Shown here: positions 9,783 to 20,693 of the stretch, one piece after another
How positions within the stretch are numbered: the first letter of the stretch is position 1
How the letters are laid out: every line of letters begins with the position of its first letter
Assembly: GCA_964526285.1 (NCBI GenBank)
Contig: CAZGIW010000001.1
Coordinates: 62,864-126,863, forward strand
Length of the DNA stretch: 64,000 nucleotides
Direction of reading: 5' to 3'
Source of the DNA: an uncultured Bacteroidales bacterium
GTDB lineage: Bacteria > Bacteroidota > Bacteroidia > Bacteroidales > DTU049
The notes under the pieces: model-generated
What the model was told of the DNA's origin: nothing
The model's database searches: none
The model's input: the letters and a program-made list of their open reading frames with translations, nothing else
Made by a program: the position numbers and the translations under genes

Positions 9783-11726
9783 ATGAAAAAATTTTATACA
9801 TCATTTCTGATTTTAATACTGATAACTGTTATTTCAGGGATGCCCGCATGTGCGCAGAAGCAAAAACTGACCACTAAAAACAAAAAGGCCATTTCAGCAT
9901 ATAATAATGGCTTACAGTATTTTGATAGTCGTAAACTGTTTCAGGCTGAAGAAGAATTCAAAAAGGCCATCAGCATAGATCCTTCTTTTCTTGAAGCAAG
10001 GCAATTGCTGGCAACATTGTATGAAGAAACAAAAAAAAATGAGCTTGCAATTGAACAGTATTCAAAAATTCAGGAAATAAATCCGGATTTTTTCCCCAAT
10101 AATTATTATTTACTTGGGAATTTATTAATGAAAGAGGGCCGGTATGAAGAAGCATTGAAAAACTATGAGTCTTTTGTGGCATTGAATAATGTAAGTGAAA
10201 TAATAAAAAAATCCGCAGAAGAGCAAATTCCACCGGCACAATTTGCAATTGAAATGAAAAAAAATCCGGTGCCATTTCAACCGGAGAATTTAGGCTCTGC
10301 TATTAATACGCCAAACGGAGAGTACTCTCCCACCCTTACTGCAGACGAGGAAATATTATACTTTACCAAACTCAGGCCAAGAGACGAATATACCATGTGT
10401 GCCACCTGCAAATACGAAGAAGATTTTTTTGTAAGTCAAAAAGTTAACGGGCAATGGACTCAGGCCAGGCCATTGGGGCATCCCATTAATACTCATGGTA
10501 ATGAAGGAGCAGCCACAATTTCGCCCGATGGGATGTATTTTATTTATACAGCCTGCAACAGATCTGACGGACACGGTAGTTGTGATCTGTATATTTCCGA
10601 AAGAGAAGGAGGGAAGTGGACAAGACCTGAAAACATGGGGCCTGTTGTAAACAGCAGCAAATGGGACAGCCAGCCCAGCATTGCGCCTGATGGTAAAACG
10701 CTGTATTTTGCCAGTGCCAGAGAAGGAAATATGGATATTTATGTTTCAGTGATGGATGATAACGGACAGTGGCAAACTCCAGTAAATCTCGGTAAACCCA
10801 TAAATACAGACAAGCAGGAAATGTCTCCCTTTATTCATCCTGATGGCAGAACTTTGTATTTTATTTCTGACGGTCATCCGGGCATGGGCGGAAATGATAT
10901 TTTTTTCACCCAAAAACAACCCAACGGAACATGGTCTGAACCGGTCAATCTGGGCTATCCAATCAACACACACAAGGATGAAGGGTTTTTTATTGTAAGT
11001 GCTTCGGGTACTACCGCCTATTTTGCTTCAGATCAATTGGGAGGATATGGACACTATGATCTCTACAGTTTTGAACTGCCCGAAGAAGTACGACCAGACC
11101 CGGTGTATTATCTGAAAGGAATTATTACAAACAGGGTAACAAACGAACCCATCAGGGCAGAATTTGAATTGTTTGATATTAATTCAGGAACATTGGTGGT
11201 GAAATCATTTTCCGATGAAAAGGACGGATCTTTTCTTGTTTGTTTACCCGTAAATACAGATTATGCGCTTAATGTGAGCAAACAGGGATTTTTGTTCTGG
11301 TCAGAGCATTTTGGATTTGGTCAAACATCGGATATTGCAGAACCTTTTGTAAAAAACATAAAACTGCAACCAATTCAAACAGGGGAAATAGTGGTGATGA
11401 GAAATATTTTCTTTGATTTTGACAGTGATCAGCTGAAACCGGAATCTGTTATTGAATTGAAAAAGCTTATTGAGTTGCTCAATGATAATGCCGGAATGCA
11501 CATTGAAATACGGGGTCACACAGATAATGTAGGAACAGCACACTACAACAAAGGCTTATCAGAAAGAAGAGCCATGTCAGTTTATAATTATCTCATTCAG
11601 CAAGGAATAAAAAAAGAAAGATTGTCATATAAAGGTTATGGAGACTCAATGCCAATAGCAACAAATGAAACGGATGAAGGCAGGGCATTGAACAGAAGAA
11701 CTGAATTTAGGGTGACTAAAATTTAG
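9783..11726 (+). CDS. OmpA-family outer-membrane protein with TPR and TolB-like (PD40) beta-propeller repeats
   Basis: Signal peptide, then TPR-like N-terminal region, then repeated EYSPTLTADE / SPDG..L.F motifs (PD40). C-terminal OmpA domain (GHTDNVGT..YN..LSERRA..V..YL, NRRTEF). Confidence 0.8.
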   Translation: MKKFYTSFLILILITVISGMPACAQKQKLTTKNKKAISAYNNGLQYFDSRKLFQAEEEFKKAISIDPSFLEARQLLATLYEETKKNELAIEQYSKIQEINPDFFPNNYYLLGNLLMKEGRYEEALKNYESFVALNNVSEIIKKSAEEQIPPAQFAIEMKKNPVPFQPENLGSAINTPNGEYSPTLTADEEILYFTKLRPRDEYTMCATCKYEEDFFVSQKVNGQWTQARPLGHPINTHGNEGAATISPDGMYFIYTACNRSDGHGSCDLYISEREGGKWTRPENMGPVVNSSKWDSQPSIAPDGKTLYFASAREGNMDIYVSVMDDNGQWQTPVNLGKPINTDKQEMSPFIHPDGRTLYFISDGHPGMGGNDIFFTQKQPNGTWSEPVNLGYPINTHKDEGFFIVSASGTTAYFASDQLGGYGHYDLYSFELPEEVRPDPVYYLKGIITNRVTNEPIRAEFELFDINSGTLVVKSFSDEKDGSFLVCLPVNTDYALNVSKQGFLFWSEHFGFGQTSDIAEPFVKNIKLQPIQTGEIVVMRNIFFDFDSDQLKPESVIELKKLIELLNDNAGMHIEIRGHTDNVGTAHYNKGLSERRAMSVYNYLIQQGIKKERLSYKGYGDSMPIATNETDEGRALNRRTEFRVTKI

Positions 11727-11754
11727 TAATTTTGCAGAAAACAGAATTGTGTTA

Positions 11755-12459
11755 ATGAATACAGAACAAATTGAGCAACTTGAAAAGAAATATCGCGGTG
11801 CAAAAGCTGAAGAAATAATACAGCTTGCAATAGAGATTTTTGAAAATAAATTGAGTTTTGCCACCAGCCTGTCTGTTGAAGATCAGGTGGTTACGTATAT
11901 GCTTTCTATGGTTTCCTCCAGGATTGATATTTTCACTTTGGACACAGGTCGCTTATTTCAGGAAACATACGACACCATTGAAAAAACAAATAAATTTTTC
12001 AACATCAACATACGTATTATTTTTCCAGAAAAGGAGCAGGTTGAAAACATGGTGAATGAAAAAGGGATTAATTGTTTTTATGAAAATGCAGAAAACAGGA
12101 AGGAATGCTGTACCATAAGAAAAACCAAACCTTTGCTTAAAACACTGCAGGATTATGAGGCCTGGATGACCGGATTAAGAAGAGAACAGTCGGTGACCAG
12201 GTTTGGTATGAAGAAAATTGAAAAAGATACACTGTCAGGGCTGGTAAAATTTAATCCTCTTGCCGACTGGACTGAACAGGAAACCTATGATTTTATTGAA
12301 AAACATGGGATTCCATTTAATGAATTACAAAACAAAGGATTTAGAAGTATCGGTTGTTTGCCATGCACACGACCAGTGAACAAAGATGATGATATTAGAG
12401 CGGGACGCTGGTGGTGGGAAAAGCCAGAACAAAAAGAATGCGGACTACATAAAAAATAG
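11755..12459 (+). CDS. cysH: Phosphoadenosine phosphosulfate reductase
   Basis: PAPS-reductase fold motifs and the diagnostic C-terminal KECGLH motif. Confidence 0.85.
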   Translation: MNTEQIEQLEKKYRGAKAEEIIQLAIEIFENKLSFATSLSVEDQVVTYMLSMVSSRIDIFTLDTGRLFQETYDTIEKTNKFFNINIRIIFPEKEQVENMVNEKGINCFYENAENRKECCTIRKTKPLLKTLQDYEAWMTGLRREQSVTRFGMKKIEKDTLSGLVKFNPLADWTEQETYDFIEKHGIPFNELQNKGFRSIGCLPCTRPVNKDDDIRAGRWWWEKPEQKECGLHKK

Positions 12460-12460
12460 T

Positions 12461-12919
12461 ATGAAACATATTTTGCTTGCTTTATGTGTTGTTTCTTTGC
12501 TCTTTTTCTCATGCAGAAATAAAGTAAAAATTGTAGAAATTGAAGATTTTCCATCTGATTCATTAATTGAAAAGTCAAAAATGATTGACATTTTTGTGGA
12601 TGCGTTTCTTATTGAAGCTGCTTTGTACAAAGCCCAATCGGAGGGAAGAAGTGTTCAGGAATATACTGCTTTTTACTATGACTTTTTTTTCAAAAAACAT
12701 CAGGTTTCTAAACACAGAATACATAAATCAACGGAATACTATTCTGCAAACAAAATGATGGAAGATATTATTCTTCAGGTTGTTACGCTTTTGGTTGAGC
12801 TTGATTTAAGTGTTGCCGGAGATCAGAACAGAATGCCGGAAGAAGCTACGCCCCATGATAATGTTGGGCCAGCCTGGTTAAAAAACATACCATTACCCGA
12901 AGATGAACAAACTGAATAG
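12461..12919 (+). CDS. Lipoprotein, DUF4296-like
   Basis: Lipobox MKHILLALCVVSLLFFSC at the internal ATG 12461. The upstream extension in the ORF track overlaps cysH. The family call is from memory and weak. Confidence 0.45.
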   Translation: MKHILLALCVVSLLFFSCRNKVKIVEIEDFPSDSLIEKSKMIDIFVDAFLIEAALYKAQSEGRSVQEYTAFYYDFFFKKHQVSKHRIHKSTEYYSANKMMEDIILQVVTLLVELDLSVAGDQNRMPEEATPHDNVGPAWLKNIPLPEDEQTE

Positions 12920-12925
12920 GACATA

Positions 12926-13696
12926 ATGAAGCAACATCATGTCTCAGTATTTATTAAACACAGCGCTACTATAGTTTTTACTGCTTTGTTGTCTCTTATA
13001 GTAATAAAAGCTGATTTTGAAATTTTCAACATTCAGCTTAAAACAAATGAAAAAAGCACAATAACAGGCTGTCTTCTTCTTTTTTTAATAATTTGTGGTT
13101 GGTATTCAGTCAACGTGAAATTAAAACACATACAGTATAAAAATAGTAGTAAAGACAAAATTACAGAGATTGGAAAATTGGTAAAAATGCTTTTTTACAC
13201 AGGTGTATTTATGAATATTCTGTTGTCTTTGGTTGCCATGAAATCATTGTTTGGTGTTATTCCCGATACCCCCGAAGCTCCTGTTTATGTGAAATTGCTT
13301 TTTATTCTTTTAATAATTGCAACACTGGCGGTTTGGTTTTATGAGTTGTCGATAATTCAAAACAAGGGAAAAAATCAAACTTATAAAAAACCCAGACATC
13401 CAGAAGTTTTGTCTGATATTTTGATGATGTTATATGCTGGTTTTTCATTGGTGTTTGTATGGAAAAACCTTGTGATATCCAATATTTCTCAAATGAATTT
13501 TTCCATGCCCATAAAAGATATTTTGTCAGTTATTTTACTGGGATTTGCATATATAGTGATATGTTTACCAGTACAAAGAGTCTATTATTTGGAAGAATCT
13601 TTGAACAAAGAAAATAATAATACTGGAAAAAGAATTATGTTATTTCATATTGGAGGCGTCGTTGTTGGAGCACTACTCCCTATGATTACATTTTAA
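12926..13696 (+). CDS. Hypothetical integral membrane protein
   Basis: 256 aa with about 6 hydrophobic helices and no recognisable motif. Confidence 0.5.
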   Translation: MKQHHVSVFIKHSATIVFTALLSLIVIKADFEIFNIQLKTNEKSTITGCLLLFLIICGWYSVNVKLKHIQYKNSSKDKITEIGKLVKMLFYTGVFMNILLSLVAMKSLFGVIPDTPEAPVYVKLLFILLIIATLAVWFYELSIIQNKGKNQTYKKPRHPEVLSDILMMLYAGFSLVFVWKNLVISNISQMNFSMPIKDILSVILLGFAYIVICLPVQRVYYLEESLNKENNNTGKRIMLFHIGGVVVGALLPMITF

Positions 13697-13698
13697 TC

Positions 13699-14121
13699 CT
13701 ATTGTTTTGTGTAAGTTGCTGTGATTGTATCTGTGTCAATTCCTGTTTTAACGGTATAGGAAAACGCGATGGATTTTTGATTGGCCTCCATCAGTCCGTT
13801 TCCTTTAACGGTGTAATCTCCGTTACACATTTGTTGCTGGTCAATTGAGACAGAAGAACCCGCAATGACGCCAATGGCCTTTTCTGCCGATCCAAGAGAA
13901 TGAAAGTTATTCAGAAATACATTTGTTTCATTTGCAGGATCTGCTTCAACCACAACAGTATATGTGAGCTGAGAAGCCTCAACACATGTCCACGTTCCGA
14001 TGAATTTTTCACGGGCATTTGCAGGATCGCCATCATCAGGATTATCAGGCTCACAAGAATTAAAAGTAAAAGTAAAAATTCCGGCAATAAAAATGGCAAA
14101 AAGTATTCGAATTGTTCTCAT
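13699..14121 (-). CDS. Hypothetical lipoprotein
   Basis: 140 aa. Signal/lipobox (IFTFTFNSC). Confidence 0.5.
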   Translation of the reverse strand: MRTIRILFAIFIAGIFTFTFNSCEPDNPDDGDPANAREKFIGTWTCVEASQLTYTVVVEADPANETNVFLNNFHSLGSAEKAIGVIAGSSVSIDQQQMCNGDYTVKGNGLMEANQKSIAFSYTVKTGIDTDTITATYTKQ

Positions 14122-14224
14122 AATGTGAAGTATTTATAAAAAGACAATTGTAACAAAAATTAAACCAATATTGAAATACAAAAATAATAAATTTATTTTG
14201 TAATAAGTAAAAATCCCAATCAAA

Positions 14225-14782
14225 TTAAAAACGAAAGGAGTTAAAGTAATCAACAACAATGTTTTGCTGAATATCAACGGCTGTATTATGCACTCCTATT
14301 TGGTATAGTCTGTTGTTAACAAGAACAGATCTGTGCCATGATCTTATCATTGTGCTTGTTGTTTCATAATCAATGGCATGACAATCATTCAACATCAGGG
14401 TTTGATGTTCAATAATATCAGCACCGGTATTGTCGGCCACACCATTCATGGAAGTAAACAGAAGTTCATTTGCATCATACTTATTGATATATTCTTGCGG
14501 ATAATCAGTGTAAGAAAGAATAAACGACATTGATTCAGAAAACTCACAATAGTAAAAATGAGTTTCAAGATTTCCCAAATCTGATTCAACAATTTCAGAA
14601 AAAATTTGAGGTTCAGAAGGAAATGAGATTTCAAACAGACCATCATCTGATTGAATGTGATGGTTTAGTTCAATGTGTGTTTGTTTAGAAACAGATTCCG
14701 GCTGTTCTTCAGATGTTGATGATATATTGCACGATACCATCAAAAGCAGAACAGCCGGGATTAAATATTTTAGATTGTTCAA
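14225..14782 (-). CDS. Hypothetical lipoprotein
   Basis: 185 aa. Lipobox LLLMVSC. Confidence 0.5.
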   Translation of the reverse strand: MNNLKYLIPAVLLLMVSCNISSTSEEQPESVSKQTHIELNHHIQSDDGLFEISFPSEPQIFSEIVESDLGNLETHFYYCEFSESMSFILSYTDYPQEYINKYDANELLFTSMNGVADNTGADIIEHQTLMLNDCHAIDYETTSTMIRSWHRSVLVNNRLYQIGVHNTAVDIQQNIVVDYFNSFRF

Positions 14783-14788
14783 AATAAA

Positions 14789-15673
14789 TTATCTTAAAAT
14801 TTTAATTTTGTAATGATAGGTATTTGAATTTTGTTGAATAACGGCATTATAAATACCATTTGATAAATGCTGAACATTCAGGAAGAAAGAGCTATTTTGC
14901 ATTTGTTCATTAATCACAAGTTTTCCTGTCATGTCATACACATAAACATCAGATTGTCCTTCTCCGGGCAGAGAAAAGAACACCTGATCTGTAGCAGGAT
15001 TGGGATAAACAGAAGTTCCAAGTAGCTGCATGGTTCCAATGCCGTCTGTTGAGGTATATTCCATACTCAGGTTGTCAATAAAAAGAGCAGACCCAATTTG
15101 TGGGTTAAATCCTCCGGATGAAACTAGCAAAATATTCATTGAATCGGGTGTTTCTGTAAGAGTTACATTAAATTGGAAAGGAGTATAGGAAGAAACAACA
15201 GCATTAACTATAGACCCTGTCATTCCGATAGTGTCGCGCTGATTGGTTGTTGGGTTCCACTTGGTAAAAACAGCAGCAATCATTCCGGTATCTCCGTTAA
15301 CACCAAGATATTTAAAATTGCCTAAAATTTTTGTTGGTCTCACATTAACAAGAGGAGCCCCTGCAGATGTAAAAGTAAGACCACCACCCATTAAGTCGAT
15401 CGCCATGTCAGAAAGGGACGCAATGCCTGGAAGAGCCATCAGGCTTGCATCTTTGGTTTCAATCAATGCAGCAAAATTACCTGTATGCGCATCGGTTGTT
15501 TTGGATAAGGTGTAAATTTGATATACAAATAAGTCAACAGTGAGCCCATACCATGATTGAGGGTGGTTATCATCAGTCCAGTTTTCAAAATCAGCATTTG
15601 GAATGGGATTCTGTGAAAAGCTGTGAAATGAAAACACAGCACAGATTAGAAGAATAATAACATTTCTTTTCAT
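14789..15673 (-). CDS. Secreted protein with T9SS C-terminal sorting domain
   Basis: Signal peptide. C-terminus VYPNPATDQVFFSL...GIYNAVIQ...HYKIKILR matches the Por_Secre_tail pattern. Confidence 0.65.
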   Translation of the reverse strand: MKRNVIILLICAVFSFHSFSQNPIPNADFENWTDDNHPQSWYGLTVDLFVYQIYTLSKTTDAHTGNFAALIETKDASLMALPGIASLSDMAIDLMGGGLTFTSAGAPLVNVRPTKILGNFKYLGVNGDTGMIAAVFTKWNPTTNQRDTIGMTGSIVNAVVSSYTPFQFNVTLTETPDSMNILLVSSGGFNPQIGSALFIDNLSMEYTSTDGIGTMQLLGTSVYPNPATDQVFFSLPGEGQSDVYVYDMTGKLVINEQMQNSSFFLNVQHLSNGIYNAVIQQNSNTYHYKIKILR

Positions 15674-15745
15674 TGCTTTTTATTTTTTTGACAAAAATAA
15701 CCTAAAGAAGCAAAATAAAAGAAAAAAAATATTAACAAACAAATG

Positions 15746-17191
15746 TTAAATATTTGATTGATAATTTGTAGGTTTAATAAGGTGTGTAGCAATTATTGCA
15801 GTAATAAGAGACACGACAAAAGTTAAAATAAGACAGCTAATAAATTCTTCCATACCGGTTTGTATCCATACAATTGTAAAAACAATACCTGTAATAATTG
15901 TTAAAAAGGCTGCTTTTGCATGAAATTTTTTCCAGAAAAGGGATAGTATAATGACTACAGAAAAAGTATCACCAATTCCTGCCCACACATATTTCACAAT
16001 ATTATAAATTAGGTTTTCTCTTGCAGCCAGAGCAAATCCAAAAGCAAGCAATGACAGTATGGTTGTTATTATTCTTGACCTTTTCAATTGGTTTTCGTTA
16101 TTTTTATTCTTCCAGCTATCACTGATTTCTGTTGCAGACAGAATCAAAAGAGAATTGGCAGTTGATATCATTGCTGCAAAAGCCCCTGTAATAAGTATTG
16201 CTGCAATTACAGGAGGAAAGATGGTTAGAATGACAGCGGGCATTACAGTTTCTCTGTCGGGAATGGCTTGTGGCCCAAACATAGCCAGTCCAATCCAACC
16301 AAGAAGCAGTGCACCGGTATATGCAAAAACAGTCCAAAAAATCCCGATATTTCTTCCAATGATAGCCTGTTTTCTGTTTTTAATTGCCATAAAGCGTGTT
16401 GCCAACTGAGGCATTCCTCCCAGATATCCAAACATCCAACTGAAGCCGCTGACAATGATAACACCAGCCCCAAATCCTTTGGCTGCGCCGGTAAACGATG
16501 AATATTCAGGTCCTGATTTGTGCAAAGCTTCGGAGATGGATGATGCAAATACGTCCGGATTGTTGGCAAGGTAAATAAAACCCACAATTGGACCAATAAC
16601 GAGTGTTATAAACATCAATACTGCCTGAATCACATCAGTATATACAACACTTTTAAAACCCCCATAAATTGTGTATGGAACAACAAAAAGCACAATAATA
16701 ATAATGCCCAAACGCAAATCAAGCTGAAACATTTCATTAATTGTCTTACCGCCTCCAATAAATTGAGCTCCAATATAAAAGAAAAAGAAAAATGCAATTA
16801 TAAGACTGCCCGTAATTTGCATATATTTACCTACAATACCATGTCTTTTAGAAATATACTCCATAAAGGAATTTGCATTGTATTTTTCAGCTTCATCGCG
16901 TAACCTGACAGCAATAAAAATCCAACCAAGCAAAATACCAAGAACACAGCCAATGGCTGTCCAAATTTCTGTTAATCCCAGGGCATAGGCTGCACCGGGC
17001 AATCCAAGGAGTGCCCATGCAGATTCTCCGGTTGCCCTTTCTGATAATGCAGCAGCCCAACCGGGTAAATTTCTGCCGGCGATGGCATAATCTTCAGAGC
17101 TTTTTACTTTTTTTCCAACGTATAGACCAACCAGTGTAATGAAAAGCATGTAGATAATCATTACAGTTAGCAAAAGTCCCTGTCCTTCCAT
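15746..17191 (-). CDS. Sodium:solute symporter family transporter
   Basis: 481 aa, about 13 TM segments, SSF-like N-terminal pattern (DYAIAGRNLPGW...SA.TF.G). Confidence 0.8.
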   Translation of the reverse strand: MEGQGLLLTVMIIYMLFITLVGLYVGKKVKSSEDYAIAGRNLPGWAAALSERATGESAWALLGLPGAAYALGLTEIWTAIGCVLGILLGWIFIAVRLRDEAEKYNANSFMEYISKRHGIVGKYMQITGSLIIAFFFFFYIGAQFIGGGKTINEMFQLDLRLGIIIIVLFVVPYTIYGGFKSVVYTDVIQAVLMFITLVIGPIVGFIYLANNPDVFASSISEALHKSGPEYSSFTGAAKGFGAGVIIVSGFSWMFGYLGGMPQLATRFMAIKNRKQAIIGRNIGIFWTVFAYTGALLLGWIGLAMFGPQAIPDRETVMPAVILTIFPPVIAAILITGAFAAMISTANSLLILSATEISDSWKNKNNENQLKRSRIITTILSLLAFGFALAARENLIYNIVKYVWAGIGDTFSVVIILSLFWKKFHAKAAFLTIITGIVFTIVWIQTGMEEFISCLILTFVVSLITAIIATHLIKPTNYQSNI

Positions 17192-17274
17192 TTCAGAATT
17201 TTTTTACAATATTAAAAAAAAATGAGTAAAAAGCTTAAATTTGCTGATTGTAAATAATCAATATCGTTATTAGA

Positions 17275-17895
17275 TTGAAGTCTAAACAAAAATTTTATGT
17301 CGTATGGGAGGGTCGAACTCCCGGATTGTTCCATAGCTGGGAAGAATGCAGAAAATCAGTTGAAGGCTTTAAAGATGCAAAATATAAATCATTTGAAACA
17401 GAACAACAGGCCAGCAAAGCCATGACAGAGAGCTATATAAAACATATAGTAAAAACCAAAAAACCAGCGAAGAGAATATTAACAGGGGAGGGGGGGGCCA
17501 TTGAAAGAAGCATTTGTGTTGATGCAGCTTGTTCTGTGCAAAAACAAATCATGGAATACAGAGGTGTTTTTTGTAAAACAGAAAAAATATTATTTCACAA
17601 AGGTCCTTTTCAGGGAGGATCAAATAATATTGGTGAATTTCTGGCAATTGTACATGCACTCTCATATCTGAAAAAAAACAAAATCAATTATCCTGTTTAT
17701 ACAGATTCAGTGACTGCAATGAGCTGGGTTAATAAAAAACAGATAAATACCAAAATTGAAACAGGAGAATCGGTTCAAATTTTAATAGACAAAGCCCTGG
17801 AGTGGTTGCATAAAAACAACATCACTCAATATACAATATTGAAGTGGAATACAGAGCAATGGGGAGAAATCCCAGCTGATTTCGGAAGAAAATAG
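17275..17895 (+). CDS. rnhA: Ribonuclease HI with N-terminal hybrid-binding (viroplasmin-like) domain
   Basis: KFYVVWEGRTPGLFHSWEECRKSVEGFKDAKYKSFETEQQA is an RNase H1 HBD. The downstream RNase H core has D...E...D (VDAAC, NNIGEF, YTDS). TTG start. Confidence 0.8.
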   Translation: MKSKQKFYVVWEGRTPGLFHSWEECRKSVEGFKDAKYKSFETEQQASKAMTESYIKHIVKTKKPAKRILTGEGGAIERSICVDAACSVQKQIMEYRGVFCKTEKILFHKGPFQGGSNNIGEFLAIVHALSYLKKNKINYPVYTDSVTAMSWVNKKQINTKIETGESVQILIDKALEWLHKNNITQYTILKWNTEQWGEIPADFGRK

Positions 17896-17901
17896 AAAAA
17901 T

Positions 17902-18198
17902 CTACTTAGAGCACTTATCCAAACATTCTTTAATAATATTAATGATGTTTGGTCTTAGCATGTAAAAAGTATTTTTTCCAGCTCTTTTTGCTTCAAGAAC
18001 GCCCTTGCTTTTCAAAATATTCAAATGGTGAGAAGCAGCAGCCTGTTCTATCTCAAGACGATTGTAAATCTGAGTAACATTGAGTTGCTTTTCTTTTTCA
18101 AGCATTTGAATAATTGCTATTCTCATTGGATGAGAAATTGCCCTGAATTTACTGGCGGCTTCTTCCAATTTTCTTGGATCCAGAACGTATTTTGCCAT
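17902..18198 (-). CDS. ArsR/SmtB-family transcriptional regulator
   Basis: 98 aa. FRAISHPMRIAIIQML...NVTQI...LEIEQAAASHHLNILK winged-HTH signature. Confidence 0.8.
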   Translation of the reverse strand: MAKYVLDPRKLEEAASKFRAISHPMRIAIIQMLEKEKQLNVTQIYNRLEIEQAAASHHLNILKSKGVLEAKRAGKNTFYMLRPNIINIIKECLDKCSK

Positions 18199-18273
18199 AG
18201 TGTTTATAATTTTAATATCCCATGCAAAGATATTAATAAATGGACAAAAACAATATTTTTTTGAATTTATTTT

Positions 18274-18807
18274 CTAAAATTCAAACATTGAGTGTAGAGG
18301 AGCAAGAGAGGAAAGCTTAGGTGCTGCTTGTAAAAAGCCCAATTGACACAGAAAAGAAAAGTGTACTTCTTTTACGGAAAACATAGAAACAAGATCATAA
18401 CTTGCTGTTGCAGTACCCCCTGTGGCCAAAAGATCATCATGAATTAGTACAATATCGTCATTATTAAAAGCATCTTTATGTACTTCTAGCTTGTCCGTTC
18501 CGTATTCAAGCTCATATTCTACAGAATAGGTGTCAGAAGGAAGTTTTCCTGGTTTGCGAATGGGAACAAAACCAGCATTCAGACGATAAGCAAGCGCTCC
18601 ACCAATAATAAAACCCCGTGATTCAATGCAGGCAACCTTAGTAATTCCTGCATTTTTATAAAGTTCGTAAAAGTAATCTACAATAAAAGCAAAAAGATCT
18701 GGTTGTTTTAATGCAGTTGTGATGTCTTTGAACAGAATTCCCTCTTTAGGAAAATCAGGCACATCGCGTATTGCTGCTTTTACTTGTTCAATTGTTACAG
18801 TTTTCAT
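18274..18807 (-). CDS. apt: Adenine phosphoribosyltransferase
   Basis: IRDVPDFPKEGILFKDIT and the PRPP-binding VLIHDDLLATGGTA motif. ATG at 18807 chosen. Confidence 0.9.
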   Translation of the reverse strand: MKTVTIEQVKAAIRDVPDFPKEGILFKDITTALKQPDLFAFIVDYFYELYKNAGITKVACIESRGFIIGGALAYRLNAGFVPIRKPGKLPSDTYSVEYELEYGTDKLEVHKDAFNNDDIVLIHDDLLATGGTATASYDLVSMFSVKEVHFSFLCQLGFLQAAPKLSSLAPLHSMFEF

Positions 18808-18855
18808 TGTTTTTAATTTCAAAGATATTAATTTTGTCAATATCAAATAAAGAAA

Positions 18856-20016
18856 ATGAAAATCACAGCCGATTATATTTTTTTGTCAGAAGGCAAACTT
18901 GTTTCTGATATTTGTATAGATGTTGGGGATAATGGTATTATCAAAGAAGTAACAACTATTGCCGGTGAAGAAACAGATATTGTTAGATATAAAGGAATAC
19001 TGGTTCCCGGGTTATTCAATTGTCATGCCCATATGGAGCTTGCGGGTCATCATTTTGAAAATACTGAAGGTGTTGAAAACTTTTTGCTACAAATGAAAAA
19101 AGCATACAATTCAGGTTTGTTTTCAAAAAATACAAAGCAAATTAAAACACAGCAGGATGATTTTTATAAACAAGGGATAAATTTTGTTGCAGATATTTGT
19201 AATACCGAAAATTCAATTGAAAGTAAAAAGAATTCAAAAATCACGTTTTATAATTTCATTGAAGTATTCGAAAGTTATTTTGATAAAACAGATGAGAAAT
19301 TTAAGAACCAATTAAAAATTCAACAGATTTTTCAAAACAATGGATTGTTATCGTCTCTTGCACCTCATGCCATGTATTCTTTATCTGAAAAAATGTTAGA
19401 AATATTTAGTAAATATAATACAGATAATAAATGTATTAGCACAATTCACTTTAAGGAATGCTCTAAAGAGAATGATCTTTTGAAGTTGCAACAAAAACTC
19501 TATAATACTCTAACCAGCAATGAAATAACATTTAAGACGAAGTTTTATAGAGAAAAAAATACTGAAGAGGTTTTTAAAGCATTATTTCACATTGATCAAG
19601 CCATATTACTTGTACACTCAATTTATATGAACAAAAATGAGTGTGATTTTATAAGGGAACACTACAAAAATTCAGCTATTTGCATATGTCCGTCTTCCAA
19701 TTTAAAACTTGAGGGAAAAATGGCAAAAAATGAAATTATTGAAAAATATTCAAAAAAAGTTTTTTTGGGAACAGACGGAGAGGTTTCAAATAAAAAAATG
19801 CAAATACTTTATGAAATGTTTTTATTTCAAAATTATTACAATCAAAGCATAGAAGAAATTTTATCAATGGTAACAAATTTTCCAGCTGAATTTTTTCAAC
19901 AGAAAAAAATGGGAAAAATAAAACCCGGATATAAACCGGGTATATGCCTAATTAAAAATTTTAATAAGAGAAAAATGATGTTGACAAAAGAATCAGAATC
20001 TGAAAGAATATTTTAG
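18856..20016 (+). CDS. Amidohydrolase-family metallohydrolase
   Basis: 386 aa. The N-terminal GLFNCHAHMEL (HxH metal motif) is typical of the amidohydrolase superfamily. Specific substrate unknown. Confidence 0.55.
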   Translation: MKITADYIFLSEGKLVSDICIDVGDNGIIKEVTTIAGEETDIVRYKGILVPGLFNCHAHMELAGHHFENTEGVENFLLQMKKAYNSGLFSKNTKQIKTQQDDFYKQGINFVADICNTENSIESKKNSKITFYNFIEVFESYFDKTDEKFKNQLKIQQIFQNNGLLSSLAPHAMYSLSEKMLEIFSKYNTDNKCISTIHFKECSKENDLLKLQQKLYNTLTSNEITFKTKFYREKNTEEVFKALFHIDQAILLVHSIYMNKNECDFIREHYKNSAICICPSSNLKLEGKMAKNEIIEKYSKKVFLGTDGEVSNKKMQILYEMFLFQNYYNQSIEEILSMVTNFPAEFFQQKKMGKIKPGYKPGICLIKNFNKRKMMLTKESESERIF

Positions 20017-20018
20017 GA

Positions 20019-20555
20019 TTACCACACATCCTCTTTCACAACTTTTTCTTTCATCTCAGTTTTTAATCTTTCAATAATGTCTTTTACTGTTTTTTCCACC
20101 TGCACAAGATAGTCTTCATATTTGGGATGGTAGGTGGGATCGGTTTTGTCAAGCCATCTTTCAAGTGGATATTTCGATTGTGCTTTCATTGTAAATTCAG
20201 AAAAGGTATATCTGAACCTGTTTTCTCTGAACTCCAGCCTTAAAACATAATTAACAACGGTGTTGGAAGCAATTTCACTGCCATCTTCCTGTTTGTCAAA
20301 AAGTCTGATTCGATGCTGAATAACAATACGACCCCCTTCAGGATCTCTCACTTTTGTTACTTCCTGTGAGTTTTTATACTCGGTATTAATCCATTCAATA
20401 CACCTGTTATAAAGAACGATGGGTTCTCCATTTTCATTGACAACCTCCTGCCAGGTGATTAATTTTGTATCTTCGTCAACAGGAATATTTGCAATTTGTG
20501 CAAATATAAAACAAGAAGAAAAGATGAAGAGTAGAGAAAAAATTAGTGATTTCAT
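20019..20555 (-). CDS. Secreted DUF4468-like protein
   Basis: 178 aa, signal peptide. The pattern resembles DUF4468 (TBP-like fold) proteins. Family call from memory. Confidence 0.45.
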   Translation of the reverse strand: MKSLIFSLLFIFSSCFIFAQIANIPVDEDTKLITWQEVVNENGEPIVLYNRCIEWINTEYKNSQEVTKVRDPEGGRIVIQHRIRLFDKQEDGSEIASNTVVNYVLRLEFRENRFRYTFSEFTMKAQSKYPLERWLDKTDPTYHPKYEDYLVQVEKTVKDIIERLKTEMKEKVVKEDVW

Positions 20556-20693
20556 AATTTGTAATTTTAAATTACGTTGTTAACAAAACATATGCCATGT
20601 GAATGCAAATATATGAAAATTTTTAAAAAAGGTATCATATAGTGATTGTTTGAAATTTTTTTTGTAATTTCGTTTGTTTATATTTTTGAAAAG